Assembly (NCBI GenBank): GCA_038850515.1
Contig: JAWCLV010000004.1
Coordinates: 299-64,298, forward strand
DNA from: Candidatus Bathyarchaeia archaeon
GTDB lineage: Archaea > Thermoproteota > CALKCG01 > B24 > JAGTQN01
Reading direction: 5' to 3'
DNA: 64,000 nucleotides
Part shown: positions 45,570-54,524 of the stretch, piece by piece
How positions within the stretch are numbered: the first letter of the stretch is position 1
Layout of the letters: each line of letters begins with the position of its first letter
Translations under genes and position numbers: made by a program
The notes under the pieces: model-generated
Seen by the model: the letters and a program-made list of their open reading frames with translations, nothing else
Database searches by the model: none
Told to the model about the DNA's origin: nothing

Positions 45570-47636
45570 TTAGACTGCCTTTAAGAAACCAACAAGTTCC
45601 CGCCTAAAGTTTAGATAGGCATCTCCAAACTCCCGCATAGTCTTGGCTGCAGGCCCGTAGCGGGACCACTCTTCAGGCTTTAGACCACCATCCTCCAAAG
45701 GAGCTTCGATCCCAATTTTCCTAAGGCGTTCAGAGAGCTCTGTTGTAAGTTCGTAAGCCTTTCGGAAATCACCGATGCTAAGTAGCCTCTTCAGGGCTGC
45801 ATCGTCTGGCTGGGCGCCTATGCTATTCTCAAACTGGGTAAGTTCAAAGCCTTCTTGGCGGGAAAACTCCCAGACCCTCAGTTGCTGATCCGGGAATTCC
45901 GTATTCGTTACGTTCTCGATTCCCCTTCCAGCAAGTACAAGGAGGGTATCCTCCGCCCTCCTCTTGGACGAGGGTAGAAGGTCTACCTTGTCCAGGACCT
46001 CATGGGCTTCCGCTTCGGAGAGCCCCAACGTCTCCTGAAGCCACCTCTCCCATTTCGGTCTATTCTCAGGCTGGAAAGCGAGCTTGAAGACCCTTCGCGT
46101 TACGAAGACGCCCGAAAGCCGTATATCCTCCTCTAATCGAGATAGAGCTTTTTCATCCATATTCATGCCTCGCAGAGCCTCTTTAAACCTCGGATCCATA
46201 AGCGACCTCAGATATCTCTTGGAGCAAAGGATCGATATGCGCTCCGCATGCGAAGAGGCCTTCGAAACCTCTTCGAGGGCCCCTAGTCCCTCGGCCAGTC
46301 GCATGATGTAGGCATCCCTATCAGCTACCTTCTCCAAGGCAGCCTTCAAAAGCCTCTCAGCCTCAACCTCACGAAGGTGGTCCTCCAGCCTCCCCTCCAT
46401 ATTCGTGATGTATACTTGTGTTATGGGAATCCCTACCTTCACAGCCTTCGCTAGGCCCCTCATGGCTGCGAAGGTAAGGGCAACTTCTTGCGAAACCGTA
46501 TAGGTGACAGTGTCGTTCGTCCCCATTCCTAGGCTGTTGAGGGCTTCAGTAATCCTTATCGCTTCCATATCGCTACCTGCAACCTTGAAAACCACATTCG
46601 GCCTTCCCCTTCCTTCAATTTCCGTGTTGGGCATCAGGTGGGCATCATATTCTTTGAGGATGCCCTGAAGTATACCGTATATCTTTAGCGCATCTCCGAG
46701 GCTCCCTTCTAGGCTTGAAGCCTTAAAGGGATTAAGCTGGAGGCTTACGAGCCCATCGTGGAAGTTGGATAGGAGGGCGATGGGCCTGAAATCAAGGAGG
46801 TTGGGTAGAAGGGAAACAATGGTTCCATAAATGGCGATCTCGTCTTCAAACCTTTCAGGATCCTCGGACCACTCGGGATGGGCCTTTGAAAGCTCCTTAA
46901 ACCTCTTCCACAACTCAGGATTCTCCCTAAAGGCTCTAGCCGCTATGACAGGGTTGCTCGAAACTTGGACAGCCCCTAGGTGCCTAACCCATCTTAGCCC
47001 AGTGGCGGAGTCGTTCCCAAGCTTACTTATGCCATCGCTCACTATTCTGTAGTATATGTTCTCTCGGATGGCTTTCTGGGCGGATACCATGAAACTAGCC
47101 ATCAGGTTCTCCTCATCGAGTCCCTTTTCGATCTCTTCCGCTAGCCTTGCAACCATACTATTGCCTAGAAGGACCTTCTTCATATCTCCGAGGAGCCTTT
47201 TGACAACGGCCATTGCTGCGTTTGAAATGCCCCTCTCATGCTCTGGCTTCCGTTCTTGATATGGCCCTCGCCCTCGCCCTCGATCTACGCTCTCCCACCA
47301 CTTGAGGGCCTCTACAACTATCCGAAGTGCCTCCTTGGCCTCTTCATCTGAGAATCCGACCCTTAGCCTCTCTATCCCGATCAGATTGAGACCTACCTCA
47401 ACAAGGACTTCGAAGCATCTCTCGCGGCAACCAGGGTCTTGGACAAACTTGAGACTAAGCTGGCGTATTGCGTCACCGAGTATGTTACAAAGCTTTCCTC
47501 GGATCTCTTTGTTCAGTATCGTATCGGCGGCCAGTTTCGAATAACCACTCAGTGCCAGCCAGGCCAAGTGGCTGGATCGGTCTAAGGTTATTGGCGGTTG
47601 CTTAGGACATACATTCCATTCGCTCAACGAGGGCAC
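45570..47636 (-). CDS. Large (688 aa) protein with a transaldolase-like TIM-barrel core flanked by about 210-aa N-terminal and 230-aa C-terminal helical extensions
   Basis: LGAVQVSSNP (compare TTNP), NVVFKVAGS (compare the IKIP/IKLA Schiff-base Lys strand), GTNDTVTYTVSQ (compare N-x-T-L-x-F-S-x-x-Q) and ITNMEGRLED (compare SPFVGRxxD) occur in the canonical order. GTG start directly after an in-frame stop. Confidence 0.5.
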   Translation of the reverse strand: MPSLSEWNVCPKQPPITLDRSSHLAWLALSGYSKLAADTILNKEIRGKLCNILGDAIRQLSLKFVQDPGCRERCFEVLVEVGLNLIGIERLRVGFSDEEAKEALRIVVEALKWWESVDRGRGRGPYQERKPEHERGISNAAMAVVKRLLGDMKKVLLGNSMVARLAEEIEKGLDEENLMASFMVSAQKAIRENIYYRIVSDGISKLGNDSATGLRWVRHLGAVQVSSNPVIAARAFRENPELWKRFKELSKAHPEWSEDPERFEDEIAIYGTIVSLLPNLLDFRPIALLSNFHDGLVSLQLNPFKASSLEGSLGDALKIYGILQGILKEYDAHLMPNTEIEGRGRPNVVFKVAGSDMEAIRITEALNSLGMGTNDTVTYTVSQEVALTFAAMRGLAKAVKVGIPITQVYITNMEGRLEDHLREVEAERLLKAALEKVADRDAYIMRLAEGLGALEEVSKASSHAERISILCSKRYLRSLMDPRFKEALRGMNMDEKALSRLEEDIRLSGVFVTRRVFKLAFQPENRPKWERWLQETLGLSEAEAHEVLDKVDLLPSSKRRAEDTLLVLAGRGIENVTNTEFPDQQLRVWEFSRQEGFELTQFENSIGAQPDDAALKRLLSIGDFRKAYELTTELSERLRKIGIEAPLEDGGLKPEEWSRYGPAAKTMREFGDAYLNFRRELVGFLKAV

Positions 47637-47991
47637 CTAGCAACTCGATTTATTTTCCTTACTTATTTAACAGTATCGTTAAGGATATGAAGAGCGTATC
47701 ATTTTCTTAGAAAAAGGCTGTTTTTAGGGACATAAAATAAAAATTCTGGCTATTAATAGTAAAGCTCAAAAATATGCCCTATCGATACAGATACCAAACC
47801 GCCTCAATGGAAGAATCGGCAGTCTTTTGAATAGGTCGAAAGTTTTCCATATTCATCCGAGAACTTTGTTAGCTTTCAAGAAGAAAGAACGTTTTTCCAT
47901 AACCAAAACATTTCTCGATTAAGAATGAACACTTTTATCCTCTAGTCCCAAGAATTAACTCGATAAGGGGCATCCGGAATTGGTGAAGATA

Positions 47992-48957
47992 ATGGATTTG
48001 GAAAGCATTAAAAATGTGAGCGTCGTAGGCGCTGGCATCATGGGGCATGGAATCGCCCAAGTCTTCGCCCAGGCTGGTTACAGGGTTTCTCTTATGGCGA
48101 GAAGGGAGGAGACGCTGAGACGGTCCCTTGACCAGATAAGGTCGAATGTAGAACTTTTCGTCCAGCATAAGCTTGTGAAGGAGGGGGCGGCGGATATCAT
48201 ACTTTCAAGGATTACAACCTTTACAAACTTGAAGGAGGCGGTCTCTGATGCGGATTTCGTCATCGAGGCAGTCCCTGAAGTCCTAGATACTAAGCGTGAA
48301 GTCTTCCAAGCCCTAGACGCCTACTGTCCCGAGGAGGTTGTTCTGGCTACGAATACTTCCTCCCTGCGCATTACAGATATTAGCCTAGCTACGAAGAGAC
48401 CTTATCGAGTGGTTGGAGCCCACTTCTGGAACCCAGCCCATCTCATGCCCCTAGTCGAGGTGACGAAGGGGGAATATACTTCTTGGGAGACCCTCAACCT
48501 TACCTGCCAGCTTTTGGAGAGGGTTGGAAAAGTTTCCGCAAAGGTATTGAAGGACATACCAGGCGGGATAGGCAATAGGATTCAGGTTGCCATGTGGCGT
48601 GAAGCCATCTCTCTCCTCGACCAAGGCGTAGCGAGTGCCGAGGATATAGACAATGCTGTTATGCTCACCTTCGGTGCGAGGCTTCCGTTTATGGGTCCCT
48701 TCCTCACCGCCGATATGAACGGAGTCGATCTGATACTTAACGTCCACAGCTATCTATATAAGTACCTCTACAACTCCACGGAGCCTGCTAGGGTTCTAAA
48801 GGAGAAGGTGGAAAAGGGAGAGTTTGGCATCAAGTCTGGAAGGGGCTTCTATACATGGACGAAGGAAGGAATCGCCAAAGCCATTGCCAAGAGGGATGAA
48901 TGCCTGATAAACGTCTTTAGGCCCTATCTAGAGAGGCAACTTTCAAAGTTGCGATAA
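47992..48957 (+). CDS. 3-hydroxyacyl-CoA dehydrogenase family NAD-binding protein
   Basis: VSVVGAGIMGHGIAQVFAQAGYRVSL, TNTSSL, HFWNPAHLMPLVEV. The track start TTG 47980 is also possible. Confidence 0.8.
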   Translation: MDLESIKNVSVVGAGIMGHGIAQVFAQAGYRVSLMARREETLRRSLDQIRSNVELFVQHKLVKEGAADIILSRITTFTNLKEAVSDADFVIEAVPEVLDTKREVFQALDAYCPEEVVLATNTSSLRITDISLATKRPYRVVGAHFWNPAHLMPLVEVTKGEYTSWETLNLTCQLLERVGKVSAKVLKDIPGGIGNRIQVAMWREAISLLDQGVASAEDIDNAVMLTFGARLPFMGPFLTADMNGVDLILNVHSYLYKYLYNSTEPARVLKEKVEKGEFGIKSGRGFYTWTKEGIAKAIAKRDECLINVFRPYLERQLSKLR

Positions 48958-49027
48958 TACTTCCTAACCTTCTATCGATACCATTATTTGGCCGTGACCA
49001 TATAAGCCTTCGTTAAAGGGGTTGTGT

Positions 49028-49483
49028 ATGAGCCGTGAGCTCTTCAAGAGATTTGAGCATACGGGCATCTATGTGAGCGACATGAAGAGGTCCCTCGAAT
49101 TCTACAATGGGTTGCTAGGCTTCCCAGTGGTAAGGGATGTGGAAGTTAAGGTTTTGAACCTTCATGTTGTCTTCCTCGATGCAGGGGGCTTCTTCATCGA
49201 GCTACTGGAACCCCACGACAAGGATGGTTACGTAAAGCTGCCTGAGAAGTCCTTTGGGCTAAGGCAGATATGCCTTTTAGTCGACGACCTAAAATTGGCC
49301 TACGAAATGCTGAAGGCGAAGGGAGTAGAATTCATCGAGCCTCCCTTGGAGATTGTACCAGGCCAGGTAAGCCATGCTATCTTCCTCGACCCCGATGGGG
49401 TGCATGTGGAGCTTCTTCAAAGGCATGTACCCATGCAACCCGGAGCTGCAGAGGCTGAAAAGGCTAGGTCTTCCATGGGCTAG
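49028..49483 (+). CDS. VOC-family protein (glyoxalase I / methylmalonyl-CoA epimerase-like)
   Basis: FEHTGIYVSDMKRSLEFYNGLLGF..FIELLEP..HVELLQ. Confidence 0.75.
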   Translation: MSRELFKRFEHTGIYVSDMKRSLEFYNGLLGFPVVRDVEVKVLNLHVVFLDAGGFFIELLEPHDKDGYVKLPEKSFGLRQICLLVDDLKLAYEMLKAKGVEFIEPPLEIVPGQVSHAIFLDPDGVHVELLQRHVPMQPGAAEAEKARSSMG

Positions 49484-49509
49484 AGGCTTATCGGAAAGGC
49501 GGGCTGCGC

Positions 49510-51015
49510 ATGACCCTTCTAGAGGAACCGATCAAAGAGGTCTTGACCCTAAAAAACTATATCGAAGGCGAATGGAGGGAATCCGAAGGCAAGCTTCTGG
49601 AAGTTATTAACCCTGCCACCTGCAAGGTCATAGCCCATGTTCCCGTCTCAACAAAGGAGGAGCTGAATGCTGCCATAGAGGCAGCCAAGGAGGCTTTTCC
49701 CGATTGGAGAAGGACGCCTCCCATAGTCAGGGCCCGATGCCTCTTCAGGTTGAAGCAGCTAATGGAGGAACGCTTTGAGGAACTTAGCAGAATCCAGACG
49801 ATGGAGCATGGAAAGACCATCGATGAGTCCCGAGGAGAGACAAGGCGAGGAATCGAAAACGTTGAGGTGGCAACGGGCATTCCGTCCTTGATGATGGGAT
49901 ATAACCTAGAGGACATCGCCTCGGGCATCGATGAATACGTTATACACCAGCCCTTAGGAGTCTTCGGGATCATAGCTCCCTTCAACTTCCCCTTCATGGT
50001 TCCCCTATGGTTTGCCCCCTACGCAGTAGCCACAGGGAACTGCGTTGTCATAAAGCCATCGCCTCATTGCCCTATAAGCCAAGTCAAGCTTGCGAAGCTC
50101 GTTGAGAAGGCGGGTTTCCCACCGGGCGTTTGGAATGTGGTCCATGGTGACGGTACCATCGCCTCTTATATGCTAGACAATCCAGATATCGAAGGCATAT
50201 GCTTCGTAGGCTCCACGCCTGTAGGGAAGGAAGTCTATAAGCGTTGTGGTGAGACTGGAAAACGAGTAATAGCCCAGTGCGGGGCGAAGAACTTCCTCCT
50301 CGTCATGCCCGATGCCGACTTGGAAAGGACCATAGCGGCCTGCATGACCTCCTTCTTCGGCAACACAGGGCAGAGATGCCTATCAGGAGCCAACCTATTG
50401 ATCGTAGGCGAAGGCCTGGCGGATTCCGAGTATGAAATATTCTATCGAAGGGTTGTGGATGCCTTCATCGATTCGGCTTCAAGGATCAGGGTCGGCTATG
50501 GACTCGATGAATCCGTTCAGATGGGACCCCTTCAGAACAAGGATAGGAAAGAAAGAGTCGTAGGATTCATCGAGAGGGGCTTGGAAGAAGGTGCCACATT
50601 AAGGCTTGATGGAAGGAACGTAAGGCTTGTAGGAGACTGGCCGAAAACATGCTTTCTTAACCCTACAGTCTTCGAGGATGTGACGCCGGATATGGGCATC
50701 GGGAGGGAAGAGATCTTCGGACCTGTAGCAAGCGTCATGGGGGCTCGAAGCTTCGATGAAGCCTTGGAGATGATCGAACGGAATCCTTATGGCAATGCGG
50801 CCGCCATCTTCACATCCAGCGGAAAATGGGCGCGGGAGTTCCAGTACAGGGTTAGGTGCGGAAACATAGGCATCAATATAGGTATACCAGCGCCCATGGC
50901 ATTCTTTCCCTTCGGAGGAATGAAGGAATCCTTCTTCGGAACCCTTCATGGACAGGGCAAGGAGGCAATACGCTTCTTCACCGATAGCAAGGTTGTCATC
51001 CAAAGGTGGTTCTAG
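49510..51015 (+). CDS. mmsA: Aldehyde dehydrogenase, methylmalonate-semialdehyde dehydrogenase-like
   Basis: NYIEGEWRES..LEVINPAT, FPDWRRTPPIVRARCLFRLKQL, the FNFP motif, catalytic GQRCLS, and EEIFGPV. Confidence 0.8.
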   Translation: MTLLEEPIKEVLTLKNYIEGEWRESEGKLLEVINPATCKVIAHVPVSTKEELNAAIEAAKEAFPDWRRTPPIVRARCLFRLKQLMEERFEELSRIQTMEHGKTIDESRGETRRGIENVEVATGIPSLMMGYNLEDIASGIDEYVIHQPLGVFGIIAPFNFPFMVPLWFAPYAVATGNCVVIKPSPHCPISQVKLAKLVEKAGFPPGVWNVVHGDGTIASYMLDNPDIEGICFVGSTPVGKEVYKRCGETGKRVIAQCGAKNFLLVMPDADLERTIAACMTSFFGNTGQRCLSGANLLIVGEGLADSEYEIFYRRVVDAFIDSASRIRVGYGLDESVQMGPLQNKDRKERVVGFIERGLEEGATLRLDGRNVRLVGDWPKTCFLNPTVFEDVTPDMGIGREEIFGPVASVMGARSFDEALEMIERNPYGNAAAIFTSSGKWAREFQYRVRCGNIGINIGIPAPMAFFPFGGMKESFFGTLHGQGKEAIRFFTDSKVVIQRWF

Positions 51016-51016
51016 A

Positions 51017-51496
51017 ATGGACACGCAACGCCCGACGGCCTCAGCCATCGTAAGCTTTGCCCAGAGACTGGAAGAAGGATCCCGTAGGTTCTATGAGGCA
51101 CTTGCCGAGGCTTATCCGCAAGGCAGGGAGACGTTCCTAGCCTTCGCAAAGGAGGCTGAGAAGAACAGCGTTTTGATAGGTAGAGCTTATCATGAAACGG
51201 TTAGCGATGCCATAGAAACCGGCTTTTCCTTCGATGGTCTTAACCTGAAGGATTACGAGATCGAGGAAGAGCTTGGAATAGGAGTAACGACCGATTCGGG
51301 CCATGCTGAAGCCTTGAAGAAGGCCTTGAGACTCGAAGAGCTGGCATATCGGTTCTATTCTGATGTCGCCGAGCGAGCGCTTTCTTTGCTGGCGACGATG
51401 CAAAGAACCTTCAGGAAGGTTGCGGAGATAAGGAATGCTCGAATGAGCAAAATCCAAGGGATGCTAGAGGATCTTGAGCTTCGATCCCTATCTTGA
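51017..51496 (+). CDS. Helical ferritin/rubrerythrin-like hypothetical protein (metal-ligand His not evident)
   Basis: The ATG at 51017 sits 1 nt after the mmsA stop. Paired helices read ..LEEGSRRFYEAL.. and ..LEELAYRFYSDV... The track ORF start 50948 overlaps mmsA and is rejected. Confidence 0.5.
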   Translation: MDTQRPTASAIVSFAQRLEEGSRRFYEALAEAYPQGRETFLAFAKEAEKNSVLIGRAYHETVSDAIETGFSFDGLNLKDYEIEEELGIGVTTDSGHAEALKKALRLEELAYRFYSDVAERALSLLATMQRTFRKVAEIRNARMSKIQGMLEDLELRSLS

Positions 51497-51601
51497 TGGT
51501 AATATGGATGCCTATGATTGTGGATGGGCATGATATGGTTATTTATGAGACTACTCTAGTACCATTAGCATTACCATTGGAGTCCAAATAGGTGAAGAGG
51601 G

Positions 51602-52606
51602 ATGAGATACCGCATCCTAGGAAGGACAGGGATGAAGGTTTCAGTCCTCGGCTGCGGGACGAATGCCCTAGCAGGCGTTAGCCAAGAGCAGGCGAATATT
51701 GTCTTGAACTATGCCCTCGATAAAGGCATTAATGTGGTCGAAACGGGCTCAAAAAGGACCTATGGCATTATCGAAGAAATGGTTGGGAACGCCATCAGCG
51801 ATAGGAGGGATGAGATCTGGCTCTTCAACAAAAGCGTGGAGCTAACGGCTAAGGAGATCCTTCGGGACGTAGATCAGAGCCTAGCCTCCCTAAGGACCGA
51901 TCACATAGACCTTTATCAGCTTGGCAATATACGCTTTCCCCACCAGCTCGATCGCTGCCTAGCGCCCAACGGAGCCCTTCAAGGGCTCATAAGGGCCCAG
52001 AGGCAAGGAAAGGTGACCTTCATAGGCATTACGAGCCACGCTCCTGACATCCTAATGAAGGCTTTGGAGGCCTATCCCTTCGATAATGTCCAGTTTCTGT
52101 TAAACATGGCAAACCCCTACGCCCTTGAAGAACTCATACCCTACGCAAAAAGGAATGGCATCGGAACTGTTTCGATGCAGCCCACGGGCCACGGTTTCCT
52201 GAAGCCTGCCAGCAAAGCCTTCCGATTCTCCTTCTGCTCCGGCGTGGACATCGTCCTTAGCGGTATGTACTCCATGGGAACAATCGATGAGAATGTAACC
52301 TATTCAGATCCTGAGCCTTCAGGGGCCGAGTGGGAAGGGCTTTTTCGGGAGATGAGGGAGCTTCCTTCCACGGGCTGCAGGCAGTGCGGTGCCTGTACGC
52401 CATGCCCTCAGGAGATCGGTATATCAACTATTATGACCTTTCTCCATTACAGGGCTAAGTATGGTCTCTTGCCTCAAGGGGAGCGCTCCTTCAAGGACCA
52501 GGCCAAAAGGGCTTCCCTTTGCGATGAATGCGGGGAATGCGAGAGGCGATGCCCCTACAGGCTTTCCATTATTCCTATGGTTAAGATGGCCGCTAAGACT
52601 GTCTAA
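51602..52606 (+). CDS. Aldo/keto reductase with a C-terminal 2x[4Fe-4S]-type Cys domain (COG1453-like)
   Basis: MRYRILGRTGMKVSVLGCG, IDLYQL, then CRQCGACTPCP and CDECGECERRCP. Confidence 0.8.
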   Translation: MRYRILGRTGMKVSVLGCGTNALAGVSQEQANIVLNYALDKGINVVETGSKRTYGIIEEMVGNAISDRRDEIWLFNKSVELTAKEILRDVDQSLASLRTDHIDLYQLGNIRFPHQLDRCLAPNGALQGLIRAQRQGKVTFIGITSHAPDILMKALEAYPFDNVQFLLNMANPYALEELIPYAKRNGIGTVSMQPTGHGFLKPASKAFRFSFCSGVDIVLSGMYSMGTIDENVTYSDPEPSGAEWEGLFREMRELPSTGCRQCGACTPCPQEIGISTIMTFLHYRAKYGLLPQGERSFKDQAKRASLCDECGECERRCPYRLSIIPMVKMAAKTV

Positions 52607-52763
52607 AGGTCCCCTGAGTGCCAGAATAACGGAGTTTACACTCAGACGATGGAGGGAAAGGTGAGGGGAGCGGATAAAAGCCTATGAAACAACGATCAAA
52701 CGCATTAAAGCTTTTAACAATGTAAAGTTCGCAAGGAAATTTAGGAAGAAATTTTAGAGGGCT

Positions 52764-53807
52764 TTGAATGGAATGAAGAAGCTTCTAATACCAAAGCCTA
52801 TTTCTGCGGGCATATTCCTTTCCTATAAGTGCACGAGCGAGTGTAAGCACTGCATGTATGCTTGCTCCCCCCGCTGGAGAGCTGACTGGATCTCAGAAGA
52901 GGATTTGGAAAGAATCCTAACCCAGCTATCCGACAAAATTCTGCCAAGCCCCCTGGGTTCAGATAGAATCGGTATCAACTATGGTCTTCATTTCACGGGC
53001 GGAGAGCCCTTCCTCAACTTTACTCTCCTGCTGAAAGCTGTAAAAATAGCTCATGAACTCAGAATCCCCTCCACATTTGTAGAAACAAACTGTTTTTGGT
53101 GTATAGATGATAGAACTACAGAAGAGAGACTTTTGCAGTTGAAAAATGAAGGGTTAGATGGAATGCTCCTCAGCGTTAACCCATTTATATTAGAGCAAGT
53201 ACCTTTTGAAAGAATTGAAAGGGCTATTAATGTAAGCTTAAAAATTTTTGGCAGAAATACTATAGTATATCAGAAGTTCTTTTACGATGAATTTAAAAGG
53301 CTTAACATAAAAGGAAAGCTATCGTTTCAAGAATACTTACAAAAAGTCGATTTGAATAGCTTATCCATTGCGGAATTGATTCCAATGGGCAGGGCATGCT
53401 ATAAGCTGGAGTCCTTACTCGAAAGGCTCTATGGAAGATATCCCGCAAAGAAATTCTTTAACGAAACTTGCAGAGAGGAGCTAACAAGGGATTGGCATGT
53501 TCACATAGATAATTATCGCAACTATATGACGGGCTATTGTGGAGGCATTTCTTTAGGGGATTGGCTGGAGATTGGCGCTAAAAACATGGAGGTAGGCTTG
53601 GATGAACTTCCGATCCTCGATGCCCTCATAAATAAGGGTATGGGAAAGCTCTATGAAATTGGCAAGGAGTTCGCCTATAGGGAACGAAGGGATGGGTACG
53701 TTCATAAATGCCATCTCTGTATAGATATAAGGAGGCATATTGCAAGACAAACCGAAGAGTTTAAAGAACTAAAGCCTAGGGAATTTTATTTTTACCTTGA
53801 TATTTGA
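52764..53807 (+). CDS. Radical SAM protein of unknown specificity
   Basis: CTSECKHC is a CxxxCxxC motif, with FTGGEPFLNF downstream. ATG 52773 is an alternative start. G+C drops sharply after about 53040, inside the gene. Confidence 0.7.
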   Translation: MNGMKKLLIPKPISAGIFLSYKCTSECKHCMYACSPRWRADWISEEDLERILTQLSDKILPSPLGSDRIGINYGLHFTGGEPFLNFTLLLKAVKIAHELRIPSTFVETNCFWCIDDRTTEERLLQLKNEGLDGMLLSVNPFILEQVPFERIERAINVSLKIFGRNTIVYQKFFYDEFKRLNIKGKLSFQEYLQKVDLNSLSIAELIPMGRACYKLESLLERLYGRYPAKKFFNETCREELTRDWHVHIDNYRNYMTGYCGGISLGDWLEIGAKNMEVGLDELPILDALINKGMGKLYEIGKEFAYRERRDGYVHKCHLCIDIRRHIARQTEEFKELKPREFYFYLDI

Positions 53808-53831
53808 ATTTTTCAGATCGTTACTTATAGG

Positions 53832-54488
53832 TCATCGATGGATTTGGGTCTTCGATGCCGGAGATTCGAAAGCTATGCGAAGATTCGATAGTATGCTGTT
53901 CAAATGTTCTTCGATAAGTTCCTCATCTACTCTATAGGGACACCAAGCAATGTAAAGTACATTTTTTGTTTCGAGCGATATTGAAGTCCTCCTCGCAGGT
54001 CCGTAGAGAACGCTTGCAAGAATTCCATCTTCATCTTTAAGGATTATATCGTTCTTCTTAAGCCCCTGTTCCTTACCGTTGAGCATAACATATTTTTCTC
54101 CTCCCCTTGAAACTTCGAAAATCAAATTCCCTTTTATGGAATCTAGGTCATGCCCAGAGGTAAGAATTCTGTTTTTAAGCTCAGCTATAAACATGCTATC
54201 GACCAGTACTGAAACTTGGGGAAACCTGCCACTATTCTTTATGGTTTTTATCTGGAATTCTATGGGGTATGTTTTCCCCCAGCTCCTAAAGTAGGCATTG
54301 TATCTTTTTATGATATTATCCTTTTCCAGGTCTATTTCCCTTATCTCCCTCTCAAATTCACGCTTCCGCTCTTCCAATCTATCGTGCTTCTTCATGTTTA
54401 ATACATTTGATACGATTAAGCTTCCGAAGGTAGCCTCGGGATATGCAGTTTTTAGCTCCGGTTTAGGTTCAATTTTCATATTTATCAA
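53832..54488 (-). CDS. B3/B4 domain protein (stand-alone homolog of the PheRS beta-subunit B3/4 domain, COG3382-like)
   Basis: RYNAYFRSWGKTYPIE, SVLVDSMFIAELKNRILTSGHDLDSIKGNL, DGILASVLYGPARRTSISLETKNVL. Confidence 0.7.
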   Translation of the reverse strand: MINMKIEPKPELKTAYPEATFGSLIVSNVLNMKKHDRLEERKREFEREIREIDLEKDNIIKRYNAYFRSWGKTYPIEFQIKTIKNSGRFPQVSVLVDSMFIAELKNRILTSGHDLDSIKGNLIFEVSRGGEKYVMLNGKEQGLKKNDIILKDEDGILASVLYGPARRTSISLETKNVLYIAWCPYRVDEELIEEHLNSILSNLRIAFESPASKTQIHR

Positions 54489-54524
54489 TTCATATTCTAC
54501 TTCATGGTTTAGGATTTTTATATT

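Noticed and set aside
52614-52645. A hairpin with ctgagtg / cactcag arms (7-bp stem, 18-nt loop) just after the aldo/keto reductase stop.
   Set aside because: The loop is long, no T-run follows, and the stem could arise by chance. It is not reported as a terminator.
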